DNA of 64,000 nt, from the NCBI GenBank assembly GCA_905331295.1, contig CAJNYD010000459.1, positions 350,975-414,974 on the forward strand, in the 5' to 3' direction. Below the pieces are notes generated by a model that worked only from the letters and a program-made list of their open reading frames with translations, was not told the origin of the DNA and did no database searches. Every line of letters starts with the position of its first letter. Within the stretch, counting starts at the first letter, position 1. This DNA is from Rotaria socialis. Its lineage: Eukaryota. Made by a program: the position numbers and the translations under genes. Below are positions 53,680 to 64,000 of this stretch, one piece after another.

Positions 53680-53910
53680 CCCATGTAAAAATTTCAGCGA
53701 AAAAGCTGGCTTAATACAGCTTAAATTTTCGCTTAAACAGCACCTTTCAGCGCACATTTTTAAGGCACTAAAGGTGCTTAAGATCATAGACATCAGCGCT
53801 TTTAAGCACATAATTAATTAACCTTTTCAGCACTTTCCAGTGCACATTTTTAAGCGATATAAAATTCTTAGAATTATGATTTTAAGCGCTAATAAGCACT
53901 TTAAGCAGCA
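53680..53910. mobile_element. Left end and subterminal repeats of a CMC/EnSpm-like element
   Basis: Terminus CCCATGTAAAAA followed by repeated TTTCAGC(G/A)C and TTTTAAGC motifs, upstream of EnSpm-like coding remnants. Confidence 0.5.
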
Positions 53911-53931
53911 CATTTCTTTTTGTTTGATCTC

Positions 53932-54637
53932 TGGTATATCCCTACATACTTCTACACGTCGCGTAGTACTTCTAACTAGTAATGCTCGTCTGGTCTCCTT
54001 GGTAGAATCAATGTCGGTAGACGAGGCTATCAAATATATAAGAACATTGTAGACGAGATCGAGGATCATATGCATGTGTATTTATTCTGTCAGTTGAAAA
54101 ACCGATATAGATAGTAAAAATGGGAAATGGTATTCATATATTTACATATTTCTATAAGTCTCGATGTACTTCAACCTATTTCTAAAGTGTCGCTGGAAAT
54201 TGCTATGTATTTTAAGTTCCAAAACACCTCCTAATCAATGACACCACTTTGGAAATAACCCATGTAATAAAAACCGCATGAAAATCGGCGGTTAACCGCG
54301 ATTTTACCGGCCCGGTTACCGGCTCCCATTACCGTAGAACGGATAAATACCGCGGTTTACCGCAAAAATTGATCGGGTATTCGCAACATGGGAAGTTGAA
54401 GTACATCGAAACTTATAGAAATATGTAAATATATGAATACCATTTCCCACTTTTACTATCTATATCGGTTTTTCAACTGACAGAATAAATGCACATGCAC
54501 ATGATCCTCGACCTCTTCTGCAATGCTCTCATATATTTGATCGCCTCGTCTACCGACATTGATTCTACCAAGGAAACCAGACAGCATTACTAGTTAGAAG
54601 TACTATGAGACATGTAGAAGTATGTAGAGATATACCA
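53932..54637. repeat. Long inverted repeat (~245-bp arms, ~220-bp spacer)
   Basis: 53932-54175 is the reverse complement of 54396-54637 with scattered mismatches. Confidence 0.9.
54259..54391. mobile_element. Mini CMC-type MITE nested in the inverted-repeat spacer
   Basis: Termini CCCATGT / ACATGGG, ACCGC/GCGGT internal repeats, 2-bp TSD AA. Confidence 0.7.
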
Positions 54638-55539
54638 AAAATATTAGAAAATAAAATACGTACTTATCATTGCTGCACAAAGATTGTTATTCTTTCTATT
54701 CTCGGTTCAAACTAACTTTTTGATGCCAACCAACATGACAATTGATAAAATCAATCATTTAAATTGAAAACCAATCATATAATATATCAAACGAATGATT
54801 TGTTGTCGTTTTCATACTGTACAAGAATATTTACTATCTGAAAATGCTGCAACGAAAAGAAAACAGAGAGAATCTTGTTTAAAAAAAAGCAAAAGTTGCA
54901 TACTGATTCGAACTACTTCGAAAAAAATAAATGAAAATGAAAATGAAAATGAAGATAAAAATAAAAATAAAAATACCTGTACATTATACTCAAATTTGGT
55001 TCTACATAATGCCGTTGTGCCCATCGGTGTCATCATATTGATGTATCTAAAGAGAGAACCTTCTGTCTTTTGTCTTTCTTCACCGTACGATTTATAAAAA
55101 TTTTCTTACAATACTGATACTTTGTAGTACAAATAGATCAAGTAGATCAAATAGTTTAGATTTTAAAAGCCAAATACTAAAATGGGCAAGTGATCATAAA
55201 GATTTTTCCGCTTCTTTTTCATTATTTTTCTCTTCGACAGATGTCGTTATATTCAAGTACCCCTATATCGATTGATAACATTGAATATTTCATAGGAAAA
55301 ATAGAGCAGAGAAAATATGTGAAAAAAAAGAAAAAAGTGAAATAGTTTTAGTCAAGTATTTTCTTTTATAGCTGACCTATTTGAATAAGCAACGTCATAC
55401 TATGCTATGTTTAGATATTTATTTGTTTCTTGTAGACGAATAATTAAAAATAATTGTCTTGTTAAATTTATTGTTTCAGAACTAATTTATCGTTTACGTT
55501 CAGCTTCTTATTATCGTTTTGTTTCGTTTTCCGAATCAA

Positions 55540-56400
55540 ATGGTGACACAGCAAGACAACGGCAGTACGAAGATTCAATATGTATTAGCAAAAACAAAAG
55601 ATGCAGCCCTTCACATAATCAATTATAAAGATTTGATTTTTCATCGAAATAAAAACAAACTAAAAGTTCGTGATGACGTTTCTTTGAATGGAAAAACAAG
55701 ATGTGATCGTGGTCGTGGTAAAATAATCGTTCTCGGTACGTTCGACCATTGTAAAATAAATATTGTTATAGATAGTTTATAATTCTACATGAGAAAATTT
55801 AGTCGATCGAAATGCAATCGTTTTACAAATATTTAATTAAAATCACTAAAACATTTAATTATGATCTTATTGTTGTCTTCATATAATAGGTACAAAGGAT
55901 CAATGTGAAGCAACAAAAACTGTTATTGAAGAAAAATTGCCATGATCTAAATCTTCATCAACTCTTCGATCATCATCATCAACAACTCTTCCATCATCAT
56001 CATCATCGTCAACATCATTGTCTGTACCATCGGCAGCTGTTGTACGAAAATGTGCAACTAAAAGATTAGCGATTGATGATAATGATTCGTGTGATTCATC
56101 AAGTACGAGACGTAAAGTCGTTCATGTTGGTGGTGATAAATCTAAAAATATACCACATGCTAATGTTTCAATTGTTGTGCCTATCATCTCATTAACAATA
56201 TTGTTTGTAACGACAACATCTTCTGTTCCGGAAGTAGCCAACACAGCACGCATTCTGAAGGATGTCGATTGTTCGTCGGATTCAAACTCAGAAAAACAGT
56301 TAGTTATTGATGAACAAATTGTTGATGATTGTGATGATGATGATGTACAAACTGGTAATAATAAAATTTTTCAAGCACACTTCATACTAGAGACAATTGA
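55540..56400 (+). pseudogene. Disrupted spliced gene, probably the accessory ORF of a CACTA/CMC element
   Basis: MVTQQDNGSTKIQYVLAK...GRGKIIVLG spliced to TKDQCEATKTVIEEKLP, then an in-frame TGA before a Ser/Asp-rich continuation. Adjacent to a transposase remnant. Confidence 0.4.
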
Positions 56401-56559
56401 CAGTGGAATATTAATGGTTAACTTTTTACTTTAATTCAAAGTCGGAAAAAGCTTTTCTAGGTCAAAATGAATCAAGCTAAGTGTATAAGCTGGTTTCATC
56501 AGTTTTAGCTCAAAACTTAGTCAGGCTTCTATTGTGTTGGATTGAACTTATACTTAAAC

Positions 56560-57673
56560 TATCATGAAGCTTATCGCGGGTAATGGCCGGAAGTAAAAAT
56601 ATATTTCGCTCGGATATCCTTAAGATTTCAACAGGTTACGGTTAGAACTCTTGATAATGGATTATGGTTGTATAATTCTATATGGATTTTGGTCATTTTC
56701 ACAATCTTTATCAAAACCTTATCAAACTTGATAGAACCGACGATCTTGGCATAAAATTTCATGGAATATCATATGTAACTTGTTGACCCTAGTTTTTTCG
56801 TTTGAATGGCAATTCTCTAGATTTTCAAAGATTTTTTTATGGGAAAGTGATAACAGATTGTTTTCAAATACCTCAAGACGAAGATTATGCCGGAGAATTT
56901 CTGCAACACTGCTTTAGAAAGACGCTAGAAGATGCCACAAACTTTACCGGAATGCTGGAAACATGGCACAGACTATTTTGCCATCATAGGGATCTAAATT
57001 TCTTGGTTGTTTATGCATTTTTGAAAGGAATGTACATACTATGCTTATTCACTGGATTATTACTTTCCAACTACTAGCAATGATCGACACTTTGTATTAT
57101 TACCTGTCATAACTCATAAATCTTGGAGATAAATTGAATACTGAAATTAGCATTTCTTCTTTATAACTGATATCAATTTGCGATTTTACTTTGCCAATTC
57201 TAGGATTTATCACTCGGTCAACAAAAAGCACAACTCTGCATGCCCCCGAGATAATGAACAATTTGCTGTATTTAAGAAGTGCTTGTTTTCAGCTCGGTGA
57301 TCCTATTATGCATTCTGGTCTGCGAGATTTTCTTTTGAATTTGATAAACAATTGTCATTCTGCTGAACAATCATCATCTCTTATCAAACCACGACACTCA
57401 TTGCGTATTACTGATCCAAGGATTTCTGAATTATTTTCATGTACTACTAAGTTCTATTCAATAGTTTGCATTGGCCGAGTTCGATTTACTGCAAGCAATT
57501 ATTGTCGGGACAAGCATGTGGATGATTCAACTATACTTTATCGAGCTGACAATGAGATCCATTTCGGACGGATTCATCGCATAGTCACAGTTGATGGTGG
57601 AGATATACTTCTTCAAATATTTTCACTTGCATCTAGTTTTTATTTTGACTGTGACACNGCAATTAATGCATAG
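56560..57673 (+). pseudogene. Degenerate CACTA/EnSpm (CMC) transposase C-terminal fragment
   Basis: GRVRFTASNYC...DDSTILY...HFGRIHRI resembles EnSpm-type transposase C-termini. The upstream part is broken by stops and frameshifts. Confidence 0.55.
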
Positions 57674-58309
57674 CCGATTAGCCTGGTGTGCTTTACTAAC
57701 AGAATGACTTCAAAGCGTGTAGCACGAGCAAAGGTAAAGTTATAGAATTACAATAAAAAAATGCGGATGGAAAGAAAAAAAGTAAGGTCAATATACCAGA
57801 TAAAGATGCGATAACGTTTTATGTATGTACATTCATGTATGTGTATGACAGATGTTCGTGAATCTGACCATCACGAATGGTAATGAATGAAATCCTCACA
57901 ATTCTTTTGTAGTTCCTCAAAAATCACAGATATAACATCAAAGTAACTTTCTAAAAGATATGAACAGTAATTTTGAATACAACTTAGATTATCGATGTAA
58001 GGTGCACTCAGAGCAAAAGTCGAGCAAAATTTTTTTCACTCTTATATTGTACATGGTTGGATAGAACTTGACGAGCTGATCACAAATATCACCTTGAAAT
58101 TGTTTTTTTGAGTAATTTTTACCTGAAAAAAGTTCAGAATACTAAAAAACTTGAATAAATAAAAAAAATGACTATCTCAGCTTTTTAAGGAAAAATCGAG
58201 TTTTTGCTTATTTTAAGTAACGATAAACTTTTGAAACTCTTTCATTCGTATTTAACATTAAGAATTCAGTAAAAGTGTTTAGATTTATAGCTATTTCATC
58301 ATTCATATC

Positions 58310-59430
58310 TAGTTTTGCATTGAGTTCACAGTGAAACTTTGGACAAAAAAATCACCTGAACATTATACTTCCTCCCTAGTATTTCTAACTTTGATACATT
58401 TTGAAAAGCAGGATGCTGGGAAAGTAGATTTCGTAGTTCAGCTAACCAGATTGAAGGATGAACAGGCACCTTCAGTTCTTTCGCCATTTCACGCAAACCT
58501 TTAGTCTGTCCACGATACTTGCCTGAAGTAAAACGACAGGATACAATGATGAGTTTACCTGAATCCTCAACATATTTTATAGAATCTACCGGACACTTCA
58601 TATCTAATCCTTTCTTGAAATTATTAATGCTATACTCATGCATTGAATGGGCCATTAGGATGTTAAAGAAAGAAGTCGCTGATCATATGTGAACACCCAC
58701 GACCTTTTGAGTAAAAACGAGTATAACCGTGTACTGCCCATCTTTTGACTGACACGTCTCCGCGCTTAAAAGTGAACTCATTATGAACTAAAGAAAAAAA
58801 GAAATTTGTTTTAATTTTAAAATAAAAAATCATGCTCTATTTACAGATAAGGATAGTAGGATTGCTTGGCGGATTTTTCCATACTGCTTGACTCTCATCA
58901 CTTATCTTGTAATAAAAAAAATTTCTTTAGAAGAAAATAAGAAATGAATTCTTGACGATGAGTGACTACGTCCTGCCTTTCATTACCTTCAAAATACGGA
59001 CTTTGGATATTTGGTTGAAATTGGGCTCCCAAACGAAGAAGATCTATACGACAACTGTCTTCAGATCGCACTAAAACATCATTGAGTTTTTCCGTCTGTG
59101 TTATTTCGTAGAATTTTGCATGAACATAGTTCGCAAAATCAGTGCCTGTGAAGTCAGTTGATTTACGTGAGCAAGATTCGATAGTGAAAACTTTTGCATC
59201 TGTTTCTAGTTTTGGAAATATATTATAGAATATTTCATGATGGTTACCATTACCACCTCGACCTTCATCCTAAAATACTTCTATATCACTTGACATGAAA
59301 ACATCAGTTCATTTATGTGCATTTTCACAACGATATGCACCAATACCTGTTAGAAGTTCGTCGATCTGACTCCAAATCAAGACCAACATGACGAAGAATA
59401 GTATAAACGAGAACTGATAGCTTACGAGGC
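58310..59430 (-). pseudogene. Degenerate IS630/Tc1-mariner-like DDE transposase
   Basis: Frameshifted fragments LSVLVYTILRHVG, ERQDVVTHRQEF, GRGCSHMISDFF, KGLREMAKEL, LSQHPAFQNVSKLE and VIFL.KFHCELN, the last matching the FLPKFHCELNPIE motif of this family. Confidence 0.7.
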
Positions 59431-59477
59431 CTGCACACACTGTACATAAAAAACGTATATTAATATACTCTTAAAGG

Positions 59478-61358
59478 CAAGGGGGAAAGTGCAGGTTTGG
59501 AACCCCCAGCACCTCAGCACCTTTTCAGCACCTTCAGCACCTTTTCTATAGTGAGATTTACTTCAGTGGTATGGAAATAAATCGGGAAAACTACCTTCAT
59601 TTTCAATAGTAGAGGTGAATTTGTTTTTGAATTATTCACTGAATCTGAATGAGAATTATTTCAGACTAAAAAAGCCAGCAGAAAAAGAAAAACATCCTTC
59701 GAAAGTAATCGTATATCAAATTGCAAAATGATATATCAAAAAGTTTGATCCTTCTTTTATTAGTGTGACAACTAACAATACGCTCTGATTATTTTTCAGA
59801 AGTTTACTTTTCATTTTATCACCATTTCATTTGTGCAGCTTCTGCTTTCTCTGAGTTATCAAAAAAAAACATTGTACGAAATCTCATACTCCTTGGTAAA
59901 AAAAGCCTGCACATAATTTTATTAGCTTGAAAATCATCATTGAATTCTGATTATTTTCCAATTTTATTTTGTATTTCATGAAAAATCAATTTTTAACACC
60001 TGGAGCCCCCCTCAAGGGTCGAGAAACCTTTTCTTTGCTGGTTTTAATATAGATAGTTATATTTCCATAAAGTTAAGCTTTCTGATTACAATTATTGTCT
60101 CAGTTTTGAATTTCATTGAACAATAAGAAAGATATGAAGCACTCTCTCAGAGCGTTAAAAACAATTTCTGACCTGAAGACCCATGAATATTCGATTTATA
60201 CTGTTTGAAAATAGGTCTGTTAAATGTACAATGTTTTTCTCTGTCAGAATATATAAGAACGACCTAGATATTCAATCTTTTTTCTCTCGATAAATTTTAA
60301 ATACCAGCCCCGATCGGGTCATACAGGTACAAATACTGCTTTTCTCAGTCTTATGAAGCATAGTTTTTCGAGGTGTACCAGTAAGATTTTCTTATCGGGT
60401 ACGTAATTAAATGTGCTCTTTCTAATGAAAGAGTTTTCAACTTAAAACTCGATGCAATGTAAAGCGTTTTCGCTGCAATACTAGTGTTGGAATCGAATTT
60501 CTGTCATTGCTTGCCTGATACTTGATAGTTTCAAACAGAATAATTCCTACGCGACTGAATATAAATATTATATTTGTTTTAAGCACAAAATCTAATTCGA
60601 TTTAATTATTTCTACAAATTTTGTTTTCGGTCAGATTTTTACGTCTGGTCCCCTTCAGGCTCATCTGAAAACAAAATATTTTATTCAAAACAACTAGTTG
60701 ATTGATTATTAATTGATCTACTTTATCTCAAACACCATTCCCAAAGTTTGGAAACTATTCGCATTGTCCACATGGCTTTTGGGGNAAAAACATTCTGTAT
60801 CGAAGTGGTCTATTTTCAAACAGTATAAAACGAATATTCGTGGACCTTTGAGCCAATAGCTGTTTTTAAGTCTTCCCGAGAGTGCTTCAGATCTTTCTTA
60901 GTATCCAATGAATTTTAAAATCTAAGATGATATTTGTGATCAGGAAACTTAACTTTATCGAAATATAACTACTCGCACTAAAATTAGAATGAAACTTTTT
61001 TTCGATCCTTGAGAGTTAGGTACCCCGGATGTTAAAAACTGATTTTTCATAAAATACACAGTAAACTCCTGGAAAATAATCGTAATTCAATGATGACTCT
61101 TAAGTTAATAACATTAAGTGCAGGTTTTTTAGTGTTCAGGTTTCTAATTTGGCACGCCTCTGATTTGATTATGGAATTAGTGTATTCAACAAGATTGTGG
61201 AAAAACAATGAGTTTAGCAGAGAATTAACTCATCATGTCGTATACTACTCCTTTATTTTTCTATAGCTTTTCGGCAACTACTAACACCTTTAGCATCTTT
61301 CAGCACCGTCAGCACTTTATAATAAATTTTGGTGCTTGGAGCCAGCACTTCCCCCCTG
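59478..61358. mobile_element. hAT element (1.9 kb, internally decayed) nested in the CACTG element
   Basis: TIRs CAAGGGGGAAAGTGC / GCACTTCCCCCCTG, CAGCAC subterminal repeats at both ends, 8-bp TSD CTTAAAGG (59470-59477, 59470 copy repeated at 61359-61366). Confidence 0.88.
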
Positions 61359-61480
61359 CTTAAAGGGTTTATGATACGTTGCACTTTCATAAACCCTTTA
61401 AATGGTATATTAATTTTGTCCCATACGCCTAAAAGGGTTTATCACTTTTTTTCCATACCAAAAAAGCTTTTTTTTACAAT

Positions 61481-62287
61481 CCTCATTCAGACAAGCGCCT
61501 TAAAAAAGCGTTAACAATCTTTCAGAAAAAAGAATCCAAAAACAAATGAGTATTTTTCGTTTGTGTTTACAATGCAGCTCACAACGTATTTTTTGTAATC
61601 TACTACCAGATTAAAATGAAGGTTTTGGAACTTACTGCGTTGTCCTAGGTTCAATCATGAGATTAATTGGTTGATAGTTTAAGATGTTATCCATTCGGTC
61701 AGTCGTACGATAACAAGATGAAGTAAGAAATGCTACTTAAATCGAACGAAATTTTATACGAAACTGAAAATGATATAAAGTTAAGCGGGACAATTGTTAT
61801 TACATTTTTGATTTTCATGAAAAAAATACAAATATTTTGCATTGAAAAAATTATTTCTTTGGAAATAAAAATTATTTTTTTAAATATTCAAATAAATTAG
61901 GAAAAATTTGTCTCAGAAATATATTTCCTCAAAAAAATTTTAAAACGATTTAAAAAGATTTTTTTCCATTTTTTCAAAAATTTTCTAACATATTTCTTAT
62001 TTTTCTAGAAATCTATATCGTATATATTTCTTATACTTTTATAAAATTGTTGATCAATTTTTTAAATCTTTATAAGTACATCTGTTAAAAATAGCACATA
62101 TTTGTCTGGAGAGTTGTATAGGGTGCGGGTCATAAAAAAATTCTATTAGGAGATGTAGATGCAAAATGTATGAAATCATAAATACGGCGTTTTTACGAAA
62201 TGTTAAGATGTTTTAACGTCTTACAATATGAAAGCGTCAAAATATGTATTCGCTGTAACGCATTTTTCAAGGCGCTTGTCTGACTGG
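61481..62287. mobile_element. CMC-type MITE (~0.8 kb) nested in the CACTG element
   Basis: Inverted termini TCAGACAAGCGCCTTAAAAAAGCGTTA / TAACGCATTTTTCAAGGCGCTTGTCTGACTGGG. Confidence 0.7.
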
Positions 62288-64000
62288 GTTGTCCCATATG
62301 TCAGAAATCGACCTTCATAGCTCTTTCCCATGTATAGTTTCGACGAATCTAAATAAAAAAAAGAAATAGTTATTTATAAAATAGTTTTATACTTACACTA
62401 TTTGTTTGATATGGAACTAAAACTAGAAAAATATAAGATTTATAAAGACATATGTGAAACGATATATTCACTTTGAATACATTGCACCAATGGACCGAAA
62501 TAAAAGGAAGGAAATAATCACAGAGAAAGTTTTGATACTTCCATTTTCATTTTGAATTTTGAATGGAAGTAAATAAAAGAAAAGATACAAATATATAAGT
62601 AAATCACCCTTATTTTCCATTAGCTGTGGTGACTGACCTAAATTAAAGACAAGCTGAAATTATTTTTGAAATGTTACTACTTACATTATTTTGAGCTTAT
62701 TTTCAACCAAGTAAAGGAAGAATATCAATATATTGAAGCAAAATGCCTACTTTAATTTGTTCTTTTGGATGGATGTAAAAACAAACTTTTTTTCTGAATA
62801 TCACAGCACGTTTGGAATAAATCCTCAATCACCATAATATCTTTCAGATTGATTTAGCTCAAAGTTTTTGTATGAAGTTGCTCACGTGAAGCCATCTGCT
62901 TTTGATTTTTAAACAATGTACGGATTGAAGTTTAGCTCGAAATGATTCAAAATTTATTAGAGAAATTAGCGCCTCTTTATCATACCGTTATGTTTTACGA
63001 AACAGGTACGAAATGAAAAGTGTATCGATGCATGAATGGCAGCATTGTGAGAAAATGATTGGATTAATATGTTTATTATATTAAATTGTTTGAAGTGCCC
63101 TGTGAGAAATTTTCATGATATATATATATATATAAGTTGAAAAAGTGTGATCCTTTGAACGAAGAATAAAAAGTCCTTTTGATGATGGAGTAGAAGAATA
63201 AATCCCTCATCGTAGAATAAAATACCCTTAGTACGAAAGTAATAAACCCTTTTCTCGAAACCGCATATTAAAATACCCTTGAAGATAAAATCATATACCC
63301 TTCTCCCTAAATCTCAGATTAATAAACCTTTTTTTTCTTGTATCATCTTTTTTTCATATACCCTTCGTTTCATAAACCCTTCAAGGGTTTAGCATGATTT
63401 GTAGAAAGGGCAAGGGCTTATTATTCTGCTCTTTTTGTTTACAGTGTGTAGGTATTGGAAGTTGGATGCTGATTTATTGTCGTTGGTTAGTGATAGGTGA
63501 ATGATATTGTGGCATTTGGTAATTCATTTTTATTGTGATATGTTTGTGGAGAGTTCGATTTGAAGCAACGGAAGAGGATTGGAATAGAAAAACATGGTTG
63601 GATTATTGTGATTGTATAGATTTTGTGTGCAACTGACGTCGCTGGAAACTTTTCCTATTTCTTATTTTTTGCATGGTTGTTGTACAAATTGGAAAAAGTA
63701 ATAAAGAACCGGGATTGGAGTTGACGAATGTTTTGACTAAGGTACTAATTGGAGTGTGATTTTTAATGAATGAGGTTGATGAAAATTGATGTGTTAAAGC
63801 TTTTTTTTTTGTATTACAAACTAACGTTCAGTTTGAACTTAAGTTGCAAGAGAATATGTTTTAAGGAAAATAACTGTATTGAATCACACTGAAGAGAACG
63901 ATTTTGCATTGCTAAATTTATGGTAGGTTGGCGTTTTATCTGTATTGTAATTTTGTCTAAATGTTTTCAACTACCTTTTGTATTGATATGAGCGATTCCA

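Larger units (their letters stand above)
59438..63446. mobile_element. Non-autonomous CACTG-type (CACTA superfamily) element carrying nested insertions
   Basis: Termini CACTGTACATAAAAA / TTTTTGTTTACAGTG. Shared subterminal AAACCCTT/AAGGGTTT/ATACCCTT repeats at 61360-61445 and 63220-63420. TSD ambiguous. Confidence 0.6.

Overview
AT-rich eukaryotic genomic DNA with many ~50-65 nt GT-AG introns. Intron size, gene content and transposon types suggest a bdelloid rotifer (inference). Six spliced protein-coding genes are supported: IFT46 (-), ornithine decarboxylase (-), SLX1 (+), a small uncharacterised gene (-), ZNFX1 (+) and a fungal SUR1/CSH1-like GT32 mannosyltransferase (+, possible horizontal transfer). 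The distal ~12 kb is a nest of decayed DNA transposons (CACTA/CMC, hAT, IS630/Tc1-like), and MITEs are scattered throughout. The most notable locus is ODC. Its AUG-free spliced 5' leader encodes a non-AUG uORF resembling the polyamine-sensing AZIN1/ODC uCC (LTDQ...PEFPWTP). A perfect 24-nt complement links the 5' UTR, between that uORF and the main AUG, to the 3' UTR, predicting a long-range end-to-end mRNA duplex. Its last intron hosts a U14 box C/D snoRNA. Exon boundaries were read by eye and may be off by a few nt.
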